64,000 bases of DNA from Rubrivivax sp. (GTDB lineage Bacteria; Pseudomonadota; Gammaproteobacteria; Burkholderiales; Burkholderiaceae_C). The DNA is taken from assembly GCA_044226775.1 (NCBI GenBank), contig JBGAGI010000007.1, forward strand, positions 275,879 through 339,878. Reading direction: 5' to 3'. Shown here one piece after another: positions 16,420 to 27,611 of the stretch. Below the pieces are notes generated by a model that made no database searches, had not been told where the DNA came from, and was given only the letters and a program-made list of their open reading frames with translations. Each line of letters begins with the position of its first letter. The first letter of the stretch is position 1. The position numbers and the translations under genes were made by a program.

Positions 16420-17985
16420 TCACTCCCACTCGATCGTCGCCGGGGGCTTGCTGCTCACGTCGTAGGCCACGCGGTTGATGCCGCGCACCTCGTTGATGAT
16501 GCGGCTGGAGACCTTCTTCAGCAGCGCGTAGGGCAGCTCGGCCCAGTCGGCGGTCATGAAGTCGCTGGTTTCCACGGCGCGCAGCGCGACGACGTAGTCG
16601 TAGGTGCGGCCGTCGCCCATCACGCCCACGCTCTTGACCGGCAGGAAGACGGCGAAGGCCTGGCTGACCTTGTCGTACCAGCCGGCGGCCCTGAGTTCCT
16701 CGATGAAGATCGCGTCGGCCCGGCGCAGCAGATCGGCGTACTCCGGCTTCACCTCGCCCAGGATGCGCACGCCCAGGCCCGGGCCCGGGAACGGGTGGCG
16801 GTAGACCATTTCATGCGGCAGGCCGAGCGCGACGCCCAGTTCGCGCACCTCGTCCTTGAACAGGTCGCGCAGCGGCTCCAGCAGCTTCAGGCCCAGCGTC
16901 TCGGGCAGGCCACCGACGTTGTGGTGGCTCTTGATCGTCGTCGCCTTCTTGGTCTTCGCGCCGCCGGACTCGATCACGTCCGGGTAGATCGTGCCCTGCG
17001 CCAGCCACTTCGCGTTCGACAGCTTCTTCGCCTCGGCCTGGAACACCTCGACGAACTCGCGGCCGATGATCTTGCGCTTGGCTTCCGGGTCGCTCACGCC
17101 CTTCAGGTGGCCGAGGAACTGCGCGCTGGCGTCGACGTGGATCACCTTCGCGTGCAGCCGGCCGACGAACATCTCCATCACCATCTGCGCCTCGTTAAGG
17201 CGCAGCAGGCCGTGGTCGACGAAGACGCAGGTGAGCTGCTCGCCGATGGCGCGATGGATCAGCGCCGCGGCCACGCTCGAATCGACGCCGCCCGACAGGC
17301 CCAGGATCACTTCCTCGCTGCCCACCTGCTCGCGGATGCGCGCGACCGCCTCCTCGACGTGGTCGCGCATCACCCAGTCGGGCCTGGCGCCGGCGATCTG
17401 CAGCACGAAGCGCTCCAGCAGCTGCCGGCCCTGCACCGTGTGCGTGACCTCGGGGTGGAACTGCACGCCGTAGTAGCGGCGACTCTCGTCGGCCATGCCG
17501 GCGATGGGGCAGCTCGGCGTGCTGGCCATCAGCTTGAAGCCGCCGGGCAGCGCGGTGATCTTGTCGCCGTGGCTCATCCACACCTTCAGCATGCCGTGGC
17601 CTTCAGGCGTGCGGAAGTCCTCGATGCCGTCGAGCAGCTTCGTGTGCCCGTGCGCGCGCACCTCGGCATAGCCGAACTCGCGGTGCGTGCTGGCCTGGAC
17701 CTGCCCGCCCAGTTGCACGGCCATCGTGAACATGCCGTAGCAGATGCCCAGCACCGGCACGCCGAGTTCCCACACCGCGTGCGGCGCGCGAAGCTCGTGC
17801 TCCTCGTAGGTGCTGGCGTGGCTGCCCGACAGGATGATCGCCTTGGGCGCGAAATCGCGGATGAACGCGTCGCTCACGTCGTTCGGGTGGATCTCGCAGT
17901 AGACATGCGCCTCGCGAACGCGGCGCGCGATGAGCTGCGTGACCTGCGAGCCGAAGTCCAGGATCAGGATCTTGTCATGTTGCAT
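16420..17985 (-). CDS. guaA: GMP synthase (glutamine-hydrolysing)
   Basis: [37 protein letters not shown]-terminal KPPATIEWE. Confidence 0.99.
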   Translation of the reverse strand: MQHDKILILDFGSQVTQLIARRVREAHVYCEIHPNDVSDAFIRDFAPKAIILSGSHASTYEEHELRAPHAVWELGVPVLGICYGMFTMAVQLGGQVQASTHREFGYAEVRAHGHTKLLDGIEDFRTPEGHGMLKVWMSHGDKITALPGGFKLMASTPSCPIAGMADESRRYYGVQFHPEVTHTVQGRQLLERFVLQIAGARPDWVMRDHVEEAVARIREQVGSEEVILGLSGGVDSSVAAALIHRAIGEQLTCVFVDHGLLRLNEAQMVMEMFVGRLHAKVIHVDASAQFLGHLKGVSDPEAKRKIIGREFVEVFQAEAKKLSNAKWLAQGTIYPDVIESGGAKTKKATTIKSHHNVGGLPETLGLKLLEPLRDLFKDEVRELGVALGLPHEMVYRHPFPGPGLGVRILGEVKPEYADLLRRADAIFIEELRAAGWYDKVSQAFAVFLPVKSVGVMGDGRTYDYVVALRAVETSDFMTADWAELPYALLKKVSSRIINEVRGINRVAYDVSSKPPATIEWE

Positions 17986-18001
17986 GGCGAGGTGGGGCCG
18001 C

Positions 18002-20762
<2,761 letters not shown>

Positions 20763-20825
20763 GAGAGGCGCCATAGGGGCCGGCCCGAAGGCGCCCGGCC
20801 CTTGCGCAAGCACTACACTTCAGGC

Positions 20826-21326
20826 ATGCATACAGCGCCCCGCCGCACCCTGCGCCTGCTCGTGGCCCTGGCCGTGTTGGGCCTGGCCGCCGGCGCGGCC
20901 CAGGCGCAGTGGAAATGGCGCGACAAGTCGGGCCAGATCAACGCCAGCGACCGTCCGCCGCCGATGGACGTGCCCGAGAAGGACATCCTCGCCCGACCCA
21001 CGCCCGATGCGGTGCGTCGCGCGCCGCCGGCCAACGCCGCCAGTGCCGCTTCGGCGGCCGCGCGCACGTCGCTCGAGAAGGACCTCGAGGCCCGCAAGCG
21101 CGCGGTTGACCAGGAGCAGGCCGCCAAGGCCAAGGCCGAGGAAGAAAAGCTCGCCGCCACGCGCGCCGAGAACTGCCGCCGCGCCCGCAGCCACCTGAGC
21201 GCGCTGGAAAGCGGCCAGCGCATCGCCCGCACCAACGACAAGGGCGAGCGCGAGGTGCTGGACGACCGCGGCCGGGCCGACGAGATGCGCCAGGCGCGCG
21301 AAGTCATCGCGTCGGACTGCAAGTAG
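20826..21326 (+). CDS. DUF4124-domain secreted protein, 166 aa
   Basis: Signal peptide ending AQA, QWKWRDKSG..SDRPPP motif; TACACT -10-like box at 20814-20819. Confidence 0.85.
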   Translation: MHTAPRRTLRLLVALAVLGLAAGAAQAQWKWRDKSGQINASDRPPPMDVPEKDILARPTPDAVRRAPPANAASAASAAARTSLEKDLEARKRAVDQEQAAKAKAEEEKLAATRAENCRRARSHLSALESGQRIARTNDKGEREVLDDRGRADEMRQAREVIASDCK

Positions 21327-21338
21327 CCCGCCGGCGCT

Positions 21339-21644
21339 TCAGCGCTTCGGGAATTTCGCCTTGTGCTGCGCGTAGCGCTGGCGCCGCGCTTCCTTCGGAT
21401 CCACCTGCAGCGCTCGGTAGACCTCCACCCGGTCGCGCTCGCGCAGCGGCGTGTGGGGCTCGCGCAGCTTGCCCCAGATGCCCAGCTTCAGGCCCTCCGC
21501 GGCCAGCCCGTGGCGCTCGCGCAGGCCGCTGGCGGCCAGTGCGTCGGCCAGCGTCGCGCCTTCGGGCAGGACAAGCGCGACGAGATCCGTCTGGCCCGGC
21601 CGCGGGCAGTAGGCGACCTCGACCCGCAACTCAGCGTGCGCCAT
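21339..21644 (-). CDS. ratB: RnfH/RatB ubiquitin-like protein
   Basis: VEVAY...GIWGK...DRVEVYRALQVDPKEARRQR; conserved position next to ratA and smpB. Confidence 0.9.
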   Translation of the reverse strand: MAHAELRVEVAYCPRPGQTDLVALVLPEGATLADALAASGLRERHGLAAEGLKLGIWGKLREPHTPLRERDRVEVYRALQVDPKEARRQRYAQHKAKFPKR

Positions 21645-22083
21645 AGACCTCTTCGGCGCGCCGGACGAAGGAATCGACGAAGGTGTTGGCGACGCGGTCG
21701 AACACCGGGCTGACGACCGCTTCGAGCGCCCGGCTGGAGAACGCGTAGCGCAGGTCGAACTCGATCCGGCAGGCCTTCTGCGAAGCGTTCGTGCTGCCGA
21801 TCTGGCGGAACAGCCAGGTGCCGTCGAGCAGCGAGAATGGCCCGTCGACGAGCTGCACGGCGACCGATTCGCCCGGGTGCTGCGTGTTGCGCGTGGTGAA
21901 GGTCTGGCGCACGCCCATGTAGTACAGGCCCAGGCGCGCGGTCACGCCGTCCTCGTGCGTCTCGACGACCTGCGCCTTCTCGCACCAGGGCAGGAAGTGC
22001 GGATAGGCCTCGATGCCGGTCACCAGTTCGTACATCTCCTGGGGCGTGTACCAGAGCAGGACCGACTTGCGCACGTGCTTCAT
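21631..22083 (-). CDS. ratA: RatA/PasT (Coq10-like START) protein
   Basis: EMYELV..IEAYPHFLPWC, FTTRN, GPFSLLDGTW, PVFDRVANTFVDSFVRRA; divergent from smpB. Confidence 0.93.
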   Translation of the reverse strand: MKHVRKSVLLWYTPQEMYELVTGIEAYPHFLPWCEKAQVVETHEDGVTARLGLYYMGVRQTFTTRNTQHPGESVAVQLVDGPFSLLDGTWLFRQIGSTNASQKACRIEFDLRYAFSSRALEAVVSPVFDRVANTFVDSFVRRAEEVYGAR

Positions 22084-22100
22084 ACAATCGCGGCATTCTA
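22083..22100. promoter_or_regulatory. Overlapping divergent -10 boxes: TACAAT (+, smpB) and TAGAAT (-, ratA)
   Basis: TACAAT 22083-22088 on plus; ATTCTA 22095-22100 reads TAGAAT on minus, implying a near-leaderless ratA mRNA. Confidence 0.5.
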
Positions 22101-22146
22101 GGAGCGCGTTGAAGCACCCGTCGCCGCCCCCACCTCACGCCATCTG

Positions 22147-22614
22147 ATGAGCTTCATCGCCGAAAACCGCCGCGCCCGTTTCGAGTACAGCATCGAGGAA
22201 CGCTTCGAGGCCGGGATGGTGCTGTCGGGCTGGGAGGTCAAGGCCATCCGCGCCGGCCAGGTGCAGCTGACCGACGGCTACGTGCACCTGCGCGACGGCG
22301 AGCTCTTCCTCATCGGCTGCCGCATCAACGCGCTGCGCAGCGCCTCCACCCACGTGCACCCCGAGGCCGACCGCACGAAGAAGCTTCTGATGCACAAGGC
22401 CGAGATCCGCCGGCTGATCGGCAAGGTCGAGCAGAAGGGCTTCACGCTCGTGCCGCTGAACCTGCACTACAAGGGCGGCCGAGTGAAGGCCGAGATCGCG
22501 CTGGCCAAGGGCAAGGCGCAGCACGACAAGCGCGAGACCGAGAAGAAGCGCGACTGGGAGCGGGAACATGGGCGGCTGATGAGACAGAAAGTCTCATCAG
22601 GTCCGAAGGACTGA
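22147..22614 (+). CDS. smpB: SsrA-binding protein
   Basis: [47 protein letters not shown]. Confidence 0.99.
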   Translation: MSFIAENRRARFEYSIEERFEAGMVLSGWEVKAIRAGQVQLTDGYVHLRDGELFLIGCRINALRSASTHVHPEADRTKKLLMHKAEIRRLIGKVEQKGFTLVPLNLHYKGGRVKAEIALAKGKAQHDKRETEKKRDWEREHGRLMRQKVSSGPKD

Positions 22615-22703
22615 CCCGCACCAGCGGGGCACGCCCATGTCGGGCGCAGCCCAAGATGGGCGGCTGATGAGACAGAAAGTCTCATCAGGTCCGAAGGACT
22701 GAC
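22568..22703 (+). repeat. Two identical 48-bp direct repeats (22568-22615, 22656-22703) with a 40-bp spacer
   Basis: Unit ATGGGCGG-CTGATGAGAC-AGAAA-GTCTCATCAG-GTCC-GAA-GGAC-TGAC; contains a perfect 10-bp and a 4-bp inverted repeat; copy 1 encodes the smpB C-terminus and stop. Confidence 0.95.
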
Positions 22704-22895
22704 GCGAGCCGTCTCCGGCGCGGCGATTCGACACCCCCGAGCGGGTGGACCCCCATGAACAAGGGCGCCAACGGCGTGGCGGGTAGACCTCGGTGTAACG
22801 CCGTGCAAACGGGTGTTGCCGTAGCATGACGCAAGCGGCCTGACCCGGAGGGGTGCCATCGGCACCGGGCGGTCGCAGGCGCGGAGGTCCGATCC

Positions 22896-25139
22896 ATGCA
22901 AGCACGTCCTGAGTGGCCCGCAGTTTCGTCGCGGGCGGGGTATCGGCGGCTGCTCGTCGCGTTCCTCGGCTTCTTCGCCTGTGCGCTGGTGCAGGCGGCC
23001 GTTCCCGTCACCGAACCGCGACACGCCCTCGTCATCGGCAACGCCGCCTACGTGGCCGCGCCGCTGATCAACCCCGCCAACGACGCACAGGCCGTCGCCA
23101 AGGTGCTGCAGCGCGCCGGCTTCACGGTCGACCTGAAGCTCAACGCCACGCAGCGCCAGATGCAGGACGCCGTCACCAGCTTCGGCGACCGGCTCAAGAG
23201 CGGCGGCGCAGGCCTCTTCTACTTCGCCGGCCATGGCGTGCAGATCAAGGGCCGCAACTACCTGCTGCCGGTGGGCAGCGACATCCAGCGCGAGGACGAG
23301 GTCGCCTACAAGGCCGTCGACGTGCAGCAGGTGCTGGACAAGATGGAAACGGCCAAGAACCGCATCAACATGGTGGTGCTCGACGCCTGCCGCGACAACC
23401 CCTTCGCGCGCGCCTCGCGCTCCACCTCGGGCGGCCTGTCGCAGCTGGACGCGCCGATCGGCTCGCTGATCGCCTTCGCCACCGCGCCGGGCAGCGTGGC
23501 CAGCGACGGGCGCACGGCCAACGGCCTGTACACCCAGCACCTGCTGGCGAACATCGAGCGGCCGGGAACGGCGATCGAGGAAGTCTTCAAGCGTGTGCGC
23601 CTGGGCGTGCGACTCGATTCCAACGGCCAGCAGGTGCCCTGGGAAAGCACCTCGCTCGAAGGCGACTTCTACTTCTTCCCGCCGGCACCCACCGCCAAGA
23701 CCGGCCCGACGACGCTGCCGCCGCCGCCCGGCATCGAGCAGATCGCCCGCGCCGAGCGTGCCTACGAGCAGCTGCGCCAGGGCCAGGTGGACGATGCCGA
23801 GCGCATCTTCCGCGCGCTGGCCGGCAGCAGCCATCCGGAGGTCGTGCTGATGGGCCGCGAAGGCCTGGCCGAGGTCCAGCTGGTGAAGGGCGACACGCAG
23901 GGCGCGCTGGCCGAGGCCAACGACATCATCGCCAAGGCGCCCACGCGCAGCGCCGCCTACCTGATCCGCGGCCGTGCGCTGGCCGCCGCCGGCGACCGGC
24001 AGGCCGGCCAGGCCGCGATCACCCAGGCCGCCGCGCCGAACACCTCGGCCGACTTCTCCTGGCAGAAGGCCGACGCGCTGGTGGCCGTGGGCAACCAGCA
24101 GCGCCAGCAGGACCCGAAGCTCGCGGTGAAGACCTACGAGCGCGCGGCGCGCGAGAACCCGCAGTCGATGGCCGCGCTGTCGAACCTGGCCGTGGCGCTG
24201 AACGAGACCGGCCAACCGGCCAAGGCGCGCGCGGTGCTGGAACGCGCGAAGGAACTGGATGCGAACGACGCCGTCGTCGCCGCGCTGCTGCGCCAGACGC
24301 AGGAGGCCATCGCCGAGAGCCAGGACCTGGCGCGCCAGCGCTACATCGACGACGCGGTGAAGGACCTCGCCGCCCGCTTCCGCAACCCGCCGCCGCGGCC
24401 CGCATCGGCCGGCGCACCGGACGACTGGACCTCGGGCGCGGTCGCGCTGTCGATCCTGCCCTTCCAGGACCAGACGCTGACAATGGCCGGCGGCCGCATC
24501 GGCCTGGACGTGCTGCTGCAGCAGGAACTCTCGCGCGAGCTGCAGGCGCGCGGCTTCGCCGTCGTCGAACGCCGGCTGCTCGACAAGGTGCTCAACGAGG
24601 TGCGGCTGGGCTCCTCGGAGCTGGCCGACAGCGATACGCAGATCCGCCTGGGCCGGCTGCTCGCGGCGCGGCTGATGGTCTCCGGCTCGGTGGTGCCGAA
24701 CCCGGCCGGCGGTACGGCGGCCTCGTTCCGCGCCGTCGACACCGAGACCACGCAGCTGGCGCTGGTGCGTACCGAGCGCGCGGCTGCGGCCGCCGCCGGC
24801 GCGGCCTACGACCCGGCGCAGCTGGCCGCCGCCATTGCCAAGGCGGTGGCGCAGACGGTGGCCGACAAGTACCCGCTGAAGGGCCGCATCGTCTCGGTCG
24901 ATGGCGACAAGGCCATCATCAACATCGGCAAGAAGCAGGGCGTGGCCGCCGGCCAGCAGTTCAACGTGCTGGGCAAGGCCGAGCCGATCGAGCTCAACGG
25001 CCGCGTGCTGGGCTACAAGGAGACGCGCATCGGCCAGGTCACCGTCACCGAGGTCGAGGAAGGCCTCGCCTACGCGCGCGTCGCCACGCCGGCGCAGGGG
25101 TTGGAGCGCAACCAGCGCATCATCGCCCGCAAGGAATGA
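22896..25139 (+). CDS. Secreted caspase-family (peptidase C14) protein with TPRs, CsgG/TolB_N-like domain and FlgT_C-like domain, 747 aa
   Basis: Signal peptide ending VQA-A; ALVIGNAAY, FYFAGHG (His), VLDACRDNPF (Cys), QVPW; TPR helices; VVERRLLDKVLNEVRLG...LGRLLAARLMVSG; terminal GRIVSVDGDKAIINIGKKQGV. Confidence 0.88.
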   Translation: MQARPEWPAVSSRAGYRRLLVAFLGFFACALVQAAVPVTEPRHALVIGNAAYVAAPLINPANDAQAVAKVLQRAGFTVDLKLNATQRQMQDAVTSFGDRLKSGGAGLFYFAGHGVQIKGRNYLLPVGSDIQREDEVAYKAVDVQQVLDKMETAKNRINMVVLDACRDNPFARASRSTSGGLSQLDAPIGSLIAFATAPGSVASDGRTANGLYTQHLLANIERPGTAIEEVFKRVRLGVRLDSNGQQVPWESTSLEGDFYFFPPAPTAKTGPTTLPPPPGIEQIARAERAYEQLRQGQVDDAERIFRALAGSSHPEVVLMGREGLAEVQLVKGDTQGALAEANDIIAKAPTRSAAYLIRGRALAAAGDRQAGQAAITQAAAPNTSADFSWQKADALVAVGNQQRQQDPKLAVKTYERAARENPQSMAALSNLAVALNETGQPAKARAVLERAKELDANDAVVAALLRQTQEAIAESQDLARQRYIDDAVKDLAARFRNPPPRPASAGAPDDWTSGAVALSILPFQDQTLTMAGGRIGLDVLLQQELSRELQARGFAVVERRLLDKVLNEVRLGSSELADSDTQIRLGRLLAARLMVSGSVVPNPAGGTAASFRAVDTETTQLALVRTERAAAAAAGAAYDPAQLAAAIAKAVAQTVADKYPLKGRIVSVDGDKAIINIGKKQGVAAGQQFNVLGKAEPIELNGRVLGYKETRIGQVTVTEVEEGLAYARVATPAQGLERNQRIIARKE

Positions 25140-25831
25140 TGCATCGCCGCGCCGCGCTCACCGCCCTGCTGGCTTCGGCCGCGGCGGTGGCGCTCGCGCA
25201 GGCGCCGGCAAAACTGCCGGCCGTGGTGGTCTGGGACTTCGACGACCAGAGCGCCGGCAGCGCGCTGCAGGCCGGCCAGGCCGATTTCCTGAAGCGCTCG
25301 CTGTCCGAGAACCTCACCGCCGCGCTGCTGCAGGTGCCGGGGCTGCCGGTGGTGGAACGCCAGCGCGTGAAGGACCTGCTGGCCGAGCAGAAGATCGGCA
25401 GCGACGCGCTGGCCGATGCCGATGCCCGGCTGCGCCTGGGCCGCATCGTCGGCGCGGCGCGCATGGTCTTCGGCGGCTTCTTCGTGCTCGGCGACGCGGT
25501 GCAGGTGCACGTGCGCGTGGTCGAGACCGCCAGCTCGCGCGTGCTGTTCTCCGACGAGGCCGCCGCGCCGCTGGCCGCGGTGATGCAGGACGTCGACGAG
25601 ATGAACCGCCGCCTCGCCCAGGCCCTGGGCGGCGCAGCGGCTGCCGCACCGTCGCGCGCCGCCTTCCCGACCGCGCTGTGGCAGGCCTACGACAAGGCCC
25701 TGGCCCTGGCCGATGCGGGCCAGTACGACGCCGCCGTGGCCGCGCTGCAGGCGCTGCTGGCGCGCGACAAGGATTTCGCGCCAGCGGAGCGGCAGCTCGT
25801 GAGCCTGCTCGACCGCATGTCCAGAAAGTAG
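25136..25831 (+). CDS. Stand-alone CsgG/TolB_N-like domain + TPR protein, 231 aa
   Basis: ATGA overlap with the caspase stop; signal peptide (MHRRAAL..., possibly twin-Arg); VVVWDF, VVERQRVKDLLAEQKIG, LGRIVGAARMVFG, VRVVET; C-terminal TPR pair. Confidence 0.8.
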   Translation: MMHRRAALTALLASAAAVALAQAPAKLPAVVVWDFDDQSAGSALQAGQADFLKRSLSENLTAALLQVPGLPVVERQRVKDLLAEQKIGSDALADADARLRLGRIVGAARMVFGGFFVLGDAVQVHVRVVETASSRVLFSDEAAAPLAAVMQDVDEMNRRLAQALGGAAAAAPSRAAFPTALWQAYDKALALADAGQYDAAVAALQALLARDKDFAPAERQLVSLLDRMSRK

Positions 25832-25881
25832 CCGCGATTACGTTCTCTCTCCACAGAAACCCACGAGAAGCGCCAAAGCCC

Positions 25882-27570
25882 ATGTCCGCCCTCTTCCGCA
25901 ACCCGCTGGCCCTGGCCGTCGCAGGGGCCTGCGCGGCCCTGGCGGCGCCTTCGGCGCAGGCGCAGACGCCGCCCGACGCCGGCCGGCTGCTCGAGCAGAC
26001 CCAGCCCGCGCCGCGCCCGGTGCCGCCGGCCCAGGCGCCGCGTGTCGTCGAGCCGCCGGTGCGGCCGCCGATCGTCATGCCCGAGGGCATCACCGTCACG
26101 CCCAGCGCCTTTCGCGTCAGCGGCGCGGTCTCGTTCCCGGCCGAGGAGCTGCTGGCGCTGCTCAAGCCCTTCCTCGGCCGCAAGCTCGACCTCGCCGGGC
26201 TGAACGAGGCGGCGGGCGCCATCACGCGCCGCTACCAGTCGGCCGGCCACCTGCTGAGCTACGCCTACATCCCGGCGCAGCGCGTGGCCGATGGCGTGAT
26301 CGAGCTCGCGGTGCTCGAAGGCAAGCTCGAAGGCGTGCAGATCGTCACTGCGCAGGACGTGCGGCTGCGCGACGAGGTCATCCAGGCGCACACCGATGCA
26401 CTCTCGGGCGCGGCGCCGCTGAAGCAGGCCGAGGTCGAGCGCAAGCTGCTGCTGCTGAATGACATCGCCGGCGTCACCGCGCGCGCCGCGTTCACGCCCG
26501 GCAGCAGTACCGGCGGCGCCGAGATGGTGGTCTCGGTGGCCGAGGACGAACCGCTGGACGTGAAGCTGGAGTTCAACAACCACGGCACGCGCTCCACCGG
26601 CGAGTACCGTGCCGGCGTGAGCCTGCAGCTGCGCGACCTCTTCGGCTGGGGCGACGTCACCTCGGCGCGGGCCATGGCCTCGGGCCGCGGCGGCCTGGTC
26701 AACGGCTCGCTCGCCAGCTCGGTGCCGATGGGCGGCAACGGTTTCCGCATCGGCGCCAGCCTGTCGCGGCTGACCTACCAGCTGGCCGGTGCCTTCCGCA
26801 ACCTGGGCGCCACCGGCAACGCCAACACGCTGGGCGTCGACGTGAGCTACCCCTTCGTGCGCGGCACCAGCGCCAACCTCTCGATGCGGCTGGGCCTGGA
26901 AACCAAGCGCCTGCGCGACGACGTGGAGCTGGCCGCCACGCGCAACCCCAAGCGCAACGACAGCATCGACCTGGGCCTGAGCTTCGACGCCCGCGACGGC
27001 TGGGGCGGCGCCTCGGCCGGCAGCCTCACCGCCTCGATGGGCGACCTGCAGCTGCTCGGCGACGACCCCGGCGGCACGCGCAACCTGCTGGGCGGCGCGC
27101 GCCTGTACCGCAAGCTCGGCGCGCAGCTGGTGCGCCAGCAGTCGATCAGTGGGCCGTGGAACCTGTACCTGCGCTTCGCGGGCCAGTTCAGCGGCGGCAA
27201 CCTCGACAGCAGCGAGAAGTTCGGCCTCACCGGGCCGAACATGGTGCGCGCCTATGCGCCGGGCGAAGCCTCGGTGGACAACGGCGGCCTGCTCGCCGCC
27301 GAGGTCCGCTACACGCGCGACTACGTGGGCGGCAGCGTCACGCTGTCGCTGTTCCACGAGGCCGCCGCCGGGCTCGTCAACCGCCGGCCGCTGGCCAGCG
27401 CGACCACGGCCAACGACGTGCGCATCGCCGGCTCGGGCCTGGGCCTGCAGTGGGCCACCGGCGATGTCAGCCTCGGTGCCTCGCTCGCCTGGCGCTCGCG
27501 CAAGGCGCTGGGCATCGAGGGCGCCGACACGCAGCCGCGCCTGTTCCTGCAGATGGTCGTGACGCCCTAG
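25882..27570 (+). CDS. TpsB (ShlB/FhaC/HecB) two-partner secretion outer-membrane transporter, 562 aa
   Basis: Signal peptide; two POTRA domains (Y..AG...AYIPAQ....G...AVLEG); loop-6 motif MVRAYAPG (VRGY-like); C-terminal barrel strands. Confidence 0.93.
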   Translation: MSALFRNPLALAVAGACAALAAPSAQAQTPPDAGRLLEQTQPAPRPVPPAQAPRVVEPPVRPPIVMPEGITVTPSAFRVSGAVSFPAEELLALLKPFLGRKLDLAGLNEAAGAITRRYQSAGHLLSYAYIPAQRVADGVIELAVLEGKLEGVQIVTAQDVRLRDEVIQAHTDALSGAAPLKQAEVERKLLLLNDIAGVTARAAFTPGSSTGGAEMVVSVAEDEPLDVKLEFNNHGTRSTGEYRAGVSLQLRDLFGWGDVTSARAMASGRGGLVNGSLASSVPMGGNGFRIGASLSRLTYQLAGAFRNLGATGNANTLGVDVSYPFVRGTSANLSMRLGLETKRLRDDVELAATRNPKRNDSIDLGLSFDARDGWGGASAGSLTASMGDLQLLGDDPGGTRNLLGGARLYRKLGAQLVRQQSISGPWNLYLRFAGQFSGGNLDSSEKFGLTGPNMVRAYAPGEASVDNGGLLAAEVRYTRDYVGGSVTLSLFHEAAAGLVNRRPLASATTANDVRIAGSGLGLQWATGDVSLGASLAWRSRKALGIEGADTQPRLFLQMVVTP

Positions 27571-27611
27571 GGCGCGCGCACAGAAGAACCCGTCGTTCCG
27601 GAGATCCCGCC

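Noticed and set aside
16420-16445. guaA 3' end as an island attachment site for the accessory region on its left
   Set aside because: guaA is a known integration hotspot, but I saw no second copy of its 3' sequence and no integrase in the window; a partner site could lie outside it.
22576-22615. Hammerhead ribozyme (CTGATGA plus a GTCC-GAA-GGAC stem resembling stem II)
   Set aside because: On neither strand is CUGAUGA-stem II followed by GAAA in the required order; CTGATGAG is instead sequestered in a perfect hairpin.
22568-22703. CRISPR array (repeat-spacer-repeat with a palindromic repeat)
   Set aside because: Only two units, the 48-bp unit is long, one copy is smpB coding sequence, the spacer base-pairs with the repeat, and no cas genes are in the window.
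22716-22745. tmRNA or tRNA fragment next to smpB (GATTCGAC)
   Set aside because: No acceptor stem, T-arm or CCA end, and no tag reading frame recognisable.
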